Part shown: piece by piece, positions 58,501-64,000 of the stretch
Layout of the letters: every line of letters starts with the position of its first letter
Numbering within the stretch: position 1 is the stretch's first letter
Assembly: GCF_009914755.1 (NCBI RefSeq)
Contig: NC_060925.1
Length of the DNA stretch: 64,000 nt
Strand: one strand, 5' to 3'
Source: the human T2T-CHM13v2.0 reference genome, Homo sapiens
The notes under the pieces: model-generated
Told to the model about the DNA's origin: nothing
Seen by the model: only the letters and a program-made list of their open reading frames with translations
Databases searched by the model: none
Translations under genes and position numbers: made by a program

Positions 58501-59190
58501 TTATTTTGTTTTAAGTTCTGGGATACATGTGCAGGATGGGCAGGTTTGTTACATAGGTAAACGTGTGCCATGGTGGTTTGCTGTACCTATCAAACCGTCA
58601 CCTAAGTATTAAGCCCTGCATACATTAGCTATTTATCCTGATGCTCTCCCTCCCCCAACCCCTACCAACAGGTCCCAGTGTGTGTTGTTCCCCTCCCTGT
58701 GTCCATGTGTTCTCATTGTTCAGCTCCCTCTTATAAGCAAGAACATGCAGTGTTTGGTTTTCTGTTCTTGAGTTAGTTTGCTGAGAATAATGGCTTCTAG
58801 CTTCATCCATGTCCCTGCAAAGGACATAATCTCATTCCTTTTTATGGCTGCGTAGTATTCCATGGTGTATATGTACCACATTTTTGTTTTCCAGACTATC
58901 ATTGATGGGCATTTGGGTTGACTCCATGTCTTTGCTATTGTGAATAGTGCTGCAGTGAACATACATGTACATGTATCTTTATAATAGAATGATTTATATT
59001 CCTTTGGGTATATACCCAGTAATGGGATTGCTAGGTCAAATGGTATTTCTGGTTCTAGGCCTTTGAGGAATCACCACACTGTCTTCCACAATGGTTGACC
59101 TAATTTACATTCCCCCCAACAGTGTAAAAGCATTCCTGTTTTCTCCACAGCCTCACCAGCATCTGATGTTTCTTGACTTTTAAATAATCA
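58501..59190 (-). mobile_element. L1PA10/11-like 3' fragment inserted antisense in L1MB
   Basis: ORF2 end [19 protein letters not shown]...; TSD tctaat(gg/aa)catt (58484-58495, 59192-59203). Confidence 0.92.
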
Positions 59191-60509
59191 CTCTAATAAC
59201 ATTTTTTAGAGAATAAAATCCTAAAATTTGTATGGAACATCAAGGGACCCTGAATAGTCAAAACAATTTTGAAAAAGGACAAAGTTTGAGGCTTCACATT
59301 CTCTGGCTTTAAAACACAGTACAAAGCAAAAATAATTAAGATGATGTGGTAGTGGTATTAAGATAGATATAGATGAATGAAACAGAATAGAGAATCCAGA
59401 AATAAACCCTTGCATATAGGTCAAATGATTTTTGACAAGAGCAGCAAAACTACACAATTGGAAAAAGACAGTCTCTTCAACAAATGGTACTGGGAAAACC
59501 GAATATCCACATACAAAAGAATGAAGTTGGATCCTTACTTTATATCATGTACACAAATTAACTCAAAATGGATTAAAAACCTAAATCTAAGGCCCAAAAC
59601 TATTAAACTTCTAGGAGAAGACATAGGGGAAATCTTCAGGGCATTGGATTTGGCAATTTCTTTGAGATGACACCAAAAGCACAGACCACAGAACAAAAAA
59701 TACACAAATAGGACTATATCAAGCTTAAAAACTCCTGCACATCAAAAGAAACAGTGACAAGGCAACCTATGGAATGGGAAAGAATAACTGCGCATCATAT
59801 ATCTGATATCTAGGATATATAGGGAACTTCAACTCAACAAAAACCAAACAAGCTGATTAAGAAATGGGCAAAGGATTTGTATAGATAGTTCTTTAAAGAA
59901 AGTATCTGAATGGCCAATAAGTACATGCAAAGATGTTCAGTATCACTAATTATTAGGAAGGTGCAAATCAAAACCACAGTGAGATACTACTTACCCATAG
60001 GGATGGCCACTATCGAAAGAACAGAAAATAGCAAGTGTTAACAAGGATGTGAAGAAATTAGAACCCTTGTGCACTGCTGGGAATGTGAAATGGTGCAGCC
60101 ATTATGGAAAACAATATGGGTTTTTTTTTTTTGGAAAACTAAAACTGGAACTACCAATTGATCCAGCAATTCCACTTCTGGGCATATATTCAAAAGAACT
60201 CAAAGGAGGACACCAAAGAGATTTCTGCATGGCAATGTTCATCATGGCATTATTCACAATAACCAACATGTAGAGCAACCCAAATACCCGTCAACAGATG
60301 AATGGATAAATAAAATGTGGTACATAAATACATACAATGAAATATTATGCAGCCTTAAAAAAGAAAACCCTGTCACATGTTACAACATGGATGAACCTTG
60401 AGGATATTATGCTAAATGAAATAGGCCAGTCTCAAGGACGAATACTATATGATTTTACTCATGAATTATCTAAAGTAGTCAAACTCAGAAACAGAAACTA
60501 GAATGGTGT

Positions 60510-60904
60510 TGTCTTAGTCAATTCAGGCTGCTATAACAGAATACCATAGACTGGTGGCTTAAACAACAGAAATTTATTACTCACAGTTCTGGAGGCTGGG
60601 AAGTCTAAGATCAAGGCACTGGCAGGTTTGGTGTCTTGTGGGGGCTGCTCTCTGCTTCCAAGACGGTACCTTGCTCTGTGTCCTCCAGATGGGAGGGATG
60701 CTCTATCTTTACTTGGTGGAAGGCAGAAGGGCAAGATGCCTGAATGCTGCAGGAAGCTTCCTTTATAGGGGCCTTAATCTCACTCATGAGGGAGGAGCCC
60801 TTATGGTCTAATCACCCTTTAAAGGCCCCACCTCTTAATACTATCACATTGGCCATTAAGTTTCAACATCTGAATTTTGGAGGGAACACATTCAAACAAG
60901 AGCA
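60510..60904 (-). mobile_element. MaLR LTR MSTC/D-like
   Basis: tgtcttagtc...ttctggaggctgggaagtctaagatcaagg...agca; TSD ggtgt/ggtgg. Confidence 0.88.
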
Positions 60905-61274
60905 GGTGGTTTCCAAGGGCTGTGGGGAGAGGAGGAGAAGTTAGTGTTTAACAGGTATAGAGTTTCAGTTTTGCAAGATGAAAAAGCTCTGGAGATCTGT
61001 TACACAACAATGTGGATATACCTAACACCACTGAACTATACACTTAAAATGGTTAAGATGGCACAGCTAATGTTATGTGTTTTTTACCACAATAAATTAC
61101 AAAATAAATTGAATGCTTCATATAAGATGAGCCTTATATATTGCTTTTAATATATCTGTTTTGATTGTGTATATGTGAATATCTTTTATATATTGGATCA
61201 TTGGATCATGATATAAAATTGGTTTCTTATTGAGGTCATCCTGAGAAAAGTTTGAAAATCACTGATTCTATTTC

Positions 61275-61510
61275 ATTATTTCTCAAACTGTTCTCTAGAT
61301 TATTCACTTCAAAATTGCATTAAGGAAAGCTTTATATATATATATATGAGTTTATTAAGGAATATTGACTCACACAATCACGAGGTGAGTTCCCACAACA
61401 GGCCGTCTGTTAAAAATGCAGATTCCAGGGTCTGCCTGCTTGGAGGCTGTGAGGTGAGCCTGGGAATATGCACATTTAATAAGTTTCCCCCAGTTGAGTT
61501 TTATGTTTAT
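61275..61510. mobile_element. MER5-type MITE interrupted by an MLT2A fragment
   Basis: tttctcaaactg...agctt|insert|gttaaaaatgcagattcc...gggaatatgcacatttaataag. Confidence 0.6.
61333..61409 (-). mobile_element. Short MLT2A (HERVL LTR) fragment starting at (TA)n
   Basis: (TA)7 tgagtttattaaggaatattgactcacacaatcacgaggtgagttcccacaacaggccgtctg. Confidence 0.75.
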
Positions 61511-62546
61511 GCACTTAAAATCTACTGGGCTTCTTACTCTGTGGCAGGAACAGCTTTGTGCCTCATGTGTATTACCAAGTTGTTAATATGAATGGGAAGG
61601 CAAGATGTGGAAGGCTAAGCAGTGGGCTGGTATACAGATCAGCCTGGTGCTCAGTGCCACTTCACCGTGTTTCACTGCCTCTGCATGGTGATAACAGCAC
61701 TCAAATTTGTGATCCTCTCGTTTAAAAAATCATGGAGCAGAGATCCAGAGAATCCCGTGTAGCAATTGCTCAGAATCACATTAATAGTTAATAGAAGAAC
61801 CAAGACCAGGACTCAGGCTCCAACTACAGGCCCACCCCTCTGCTCCTGAGGGGCTGTCTTTCCCCCATGACTCTCTGGCTCCTTGCCTGGGAGACTGTGG
61901 TCTTTGATATCTCAAGGGATGTCAAGATGGACTTCCTGAGTAGCCTGTCCACAAGTGGCATTCCCCCTTTCCTCTCATTCCAACCTCAGGTGCTGTCTTG
62001 GGTAACACACTCAATTTTCTCCTAGAGAAAAGCACTTCCCCAAGATCCTTCTACAGAATGGTCTCATTACCAGAGTCACCTCAGTAGCCATTTGGAGTTC
62101 CTGGAAACTGGCAAGTGTCTGAACTCAAAGAAGGACAAAATGTATTTCCTTCCAACCCTTGAAATTGAGGTTAGGAGTGGTTGCCTTCGTTTTCATATCC
62201 ATGATTTTTATTTAGATATGACTCCCTGGAAGGATGGACTAAGTCATGGTAATTTATTCAAAAATTGAAACCAAATGCTCTTCCACTCAGTACTTGTGAT
62301 TTGCATTGCTTTGAAACAGTATGAATATGCAGAACTAACAGTGTGTCTTTAAATTTCCCCCAATATTGAATCCCTACATTGCATGTAAAGTTTGTCCTTG
62401 AATTCCGTTAGCCGAGGGCCCCCATCCAGCTCCCTTCCCTTGCACTCTCCTGCCCATCAGACACTATGTGCAGGTGCTATCAGGTAAGCTTTCATCAGCT
62501 GAGCCTCTTGGGGTGATGGGTGACTTGGGATTCTTGAGAACAGGGA

Positions 62547-63006
62547 TGTGATGATTAATTTATGTGTAATTGCCTGGGCCAATTCAAACATTATTTTGAA
62601 CAAACATAAGTTTCCGTGAGGATGTTTTTGGATGAGATTAACATTAAAATTAACAGACTTTAAGTAAAGAGGATTGCCTTCCCTAATGTTGGTGAGCCTC
62701 CTTAATCAGTTGAAAGCTTAAATGGAACAAAATACCTCCCCTGAGCAAGAGGAAACTCTCTAGCAGACAGCCTTCGGGTTTCATCTGCGACATTAGCTCT
62801 TCCTGGTTGTATAACAGACTGCCTATAACTCAAACTGCAACTCCTTCCTGAGTCTCCAGTCTGCCAGACTCCTCCATCAGATTTTGGACTTGCAACCTCC
62901 ACAATTGTGTGAGCCAATTTTTTATAATAAGTCTCTTTCTGTCTTTCTATATATATGTACACACATCCTATTGGTTCTGTTTCTCTGGAGAACTCTGCCT
63001 AAAACA
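62547..63006 (+). mobile_element. ERVL solo LTR MLT2C/D-like
   Basis: tgtgatgattaattt...ggatgagattaacatt...cctattggttctgtttctctggagaac...aaca; TSD aggga/aagga. Confidence 0.88.
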
Positions 63007-64000
63007 AAGGACGAGTGTGTTGCCACTGCTGTAGTCTTCTCCCCCATTAGGGGAACTGGGAGGGTTCTTGTGTTTTCTGTCTTTTGTACATGTAGTCAGA
63101 AAAACATTGTTAAGCTCTCAGCTGTTCCCTAAGTAGCCCAATATTCCCCAGACCTCATCCCCCATGAAGGAAATTAACAGGAATAATAACATTCTCCTGA
63201 TTTGTGTCCCAAGCAGCACAAGGAAGGATCCTCAGCTCTAATATAAAATCTTGCCAGTGGTTCCTTGAGGTTCCTAGGGGTTCTCTCATGAGAACCCTCA
63301 AAAGTCATGTCATGCACCCCTTGTTAGCCCATGAGGCTCACAGCTGCCACTCCAGGAAGGACCCACCCTCAGGGAGGACACACTGCCCATGAAGAGCAGC
63401 ATCTCTGCTTCCCTGCAGTCTTCCCTGGGCTGGTTACCCAAGTCCCAAGCAGAAAGGACATGCCCTTTCCATGTTCTGGTCAGTGTGTGTTCTCCTGTAT
63501 TGTACAGAAGCCCCTGAAACTGCACCCTCAGCTTCTCCATGCAGCATCTCTCCATGACTGTGGAGTCCATGAGACCCAGCCTCTTTCCATCCCTTTCTCT
63601 TCCCCAAGCCCTGTCCACAATCATGGGCCACACAAGCTTCTTCCTCCCTTGCTAGATCACTCAGGCAAATAGATGCCTACAGATTCCCCCACTCTATACT
63701 CCTCAGATATGCCCAGAAAGGTCTGGACCCCAGGTGCAGGCACAGTGCAGACTGAGCCAGGATCTTCATTTAGCTGGGCATTGCATACATGTCCCAGTTG
63801 TCTCCCTAAGGAGTTTACAAGCACAGCGAGGCACCTACCTCTCCTAAGTACCAAACAGAGTGCTAGCACAGGCCTTCAGTTGTCCATCATTGAGTGCAGG
63901 AAGCTCTACTTGTGCCTAGAGAGACAGAAAGTCATTGGCATGAGAAATAGGCAGTAAAGGGAAGCACCATCTTAGCATTTCTGTATGAGCTCCACTTCAG

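Larger units (their letters stand above)
58333..61108 (+). mobile_element. L1MB-like ORF2 3' half and 3'UTR, interrupted by L1PA and MST LTR
   Basis: ORF2-like translations DSLFNKWYWEN...[21 protein letters not shown]; 3'UTR tatagagtttcagttttgcaagatgaaaaag. Confidence 0.88.

Overview
Primate (most likely human/hominoid) non-coding genomic DNA, either a gene desert or a large intron. A large share is interspersed repeats: 12 dimeric Alus (J, S and Y classes) plus a monomer, a young 5'-truncated L1PA3-like element with an open ORF2 C-terminus, two L1PA10/11-like 3' fragments, several old L1M pieces, many solo LTRs (LTR26-, MER4-, LOR1-, THE1-, MST-, MLT1-, MLT2-, MER74-, LTR33-like), an LTR16/HERV16-type ERVL remnant with a recognisable dUTPase-like relic, hAT MITEs (MER5, MER53, MER58A, MER81, MER112, ORSL-like) and many MIR/L2 relics. 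I find no supportable cellular protein-coding gene, tRNA, rRNA or CRISPR array. The ORF track is explained by Alu/L1/LTR sequence or chance. I do not see a convincing new biological system. The most notable observations are: an apparent ancient L1 3' transduction inserted at the TATA box of an LTR16 (11-bp TSD); a TSD-less (TA)n-primed MLT2A patch inside a MER5; several perfected hairpin/template-switch scars; multi-level nested insertions; homeodomain-, MEF2- and RFX-motif-rich unique segments that may be enhancers; and possible non-coding exons. All subfamily names are from recalled consensus sequences, and boundaries of old repeats are approximate; RepeatMasker/Dfam confirmation is needed.
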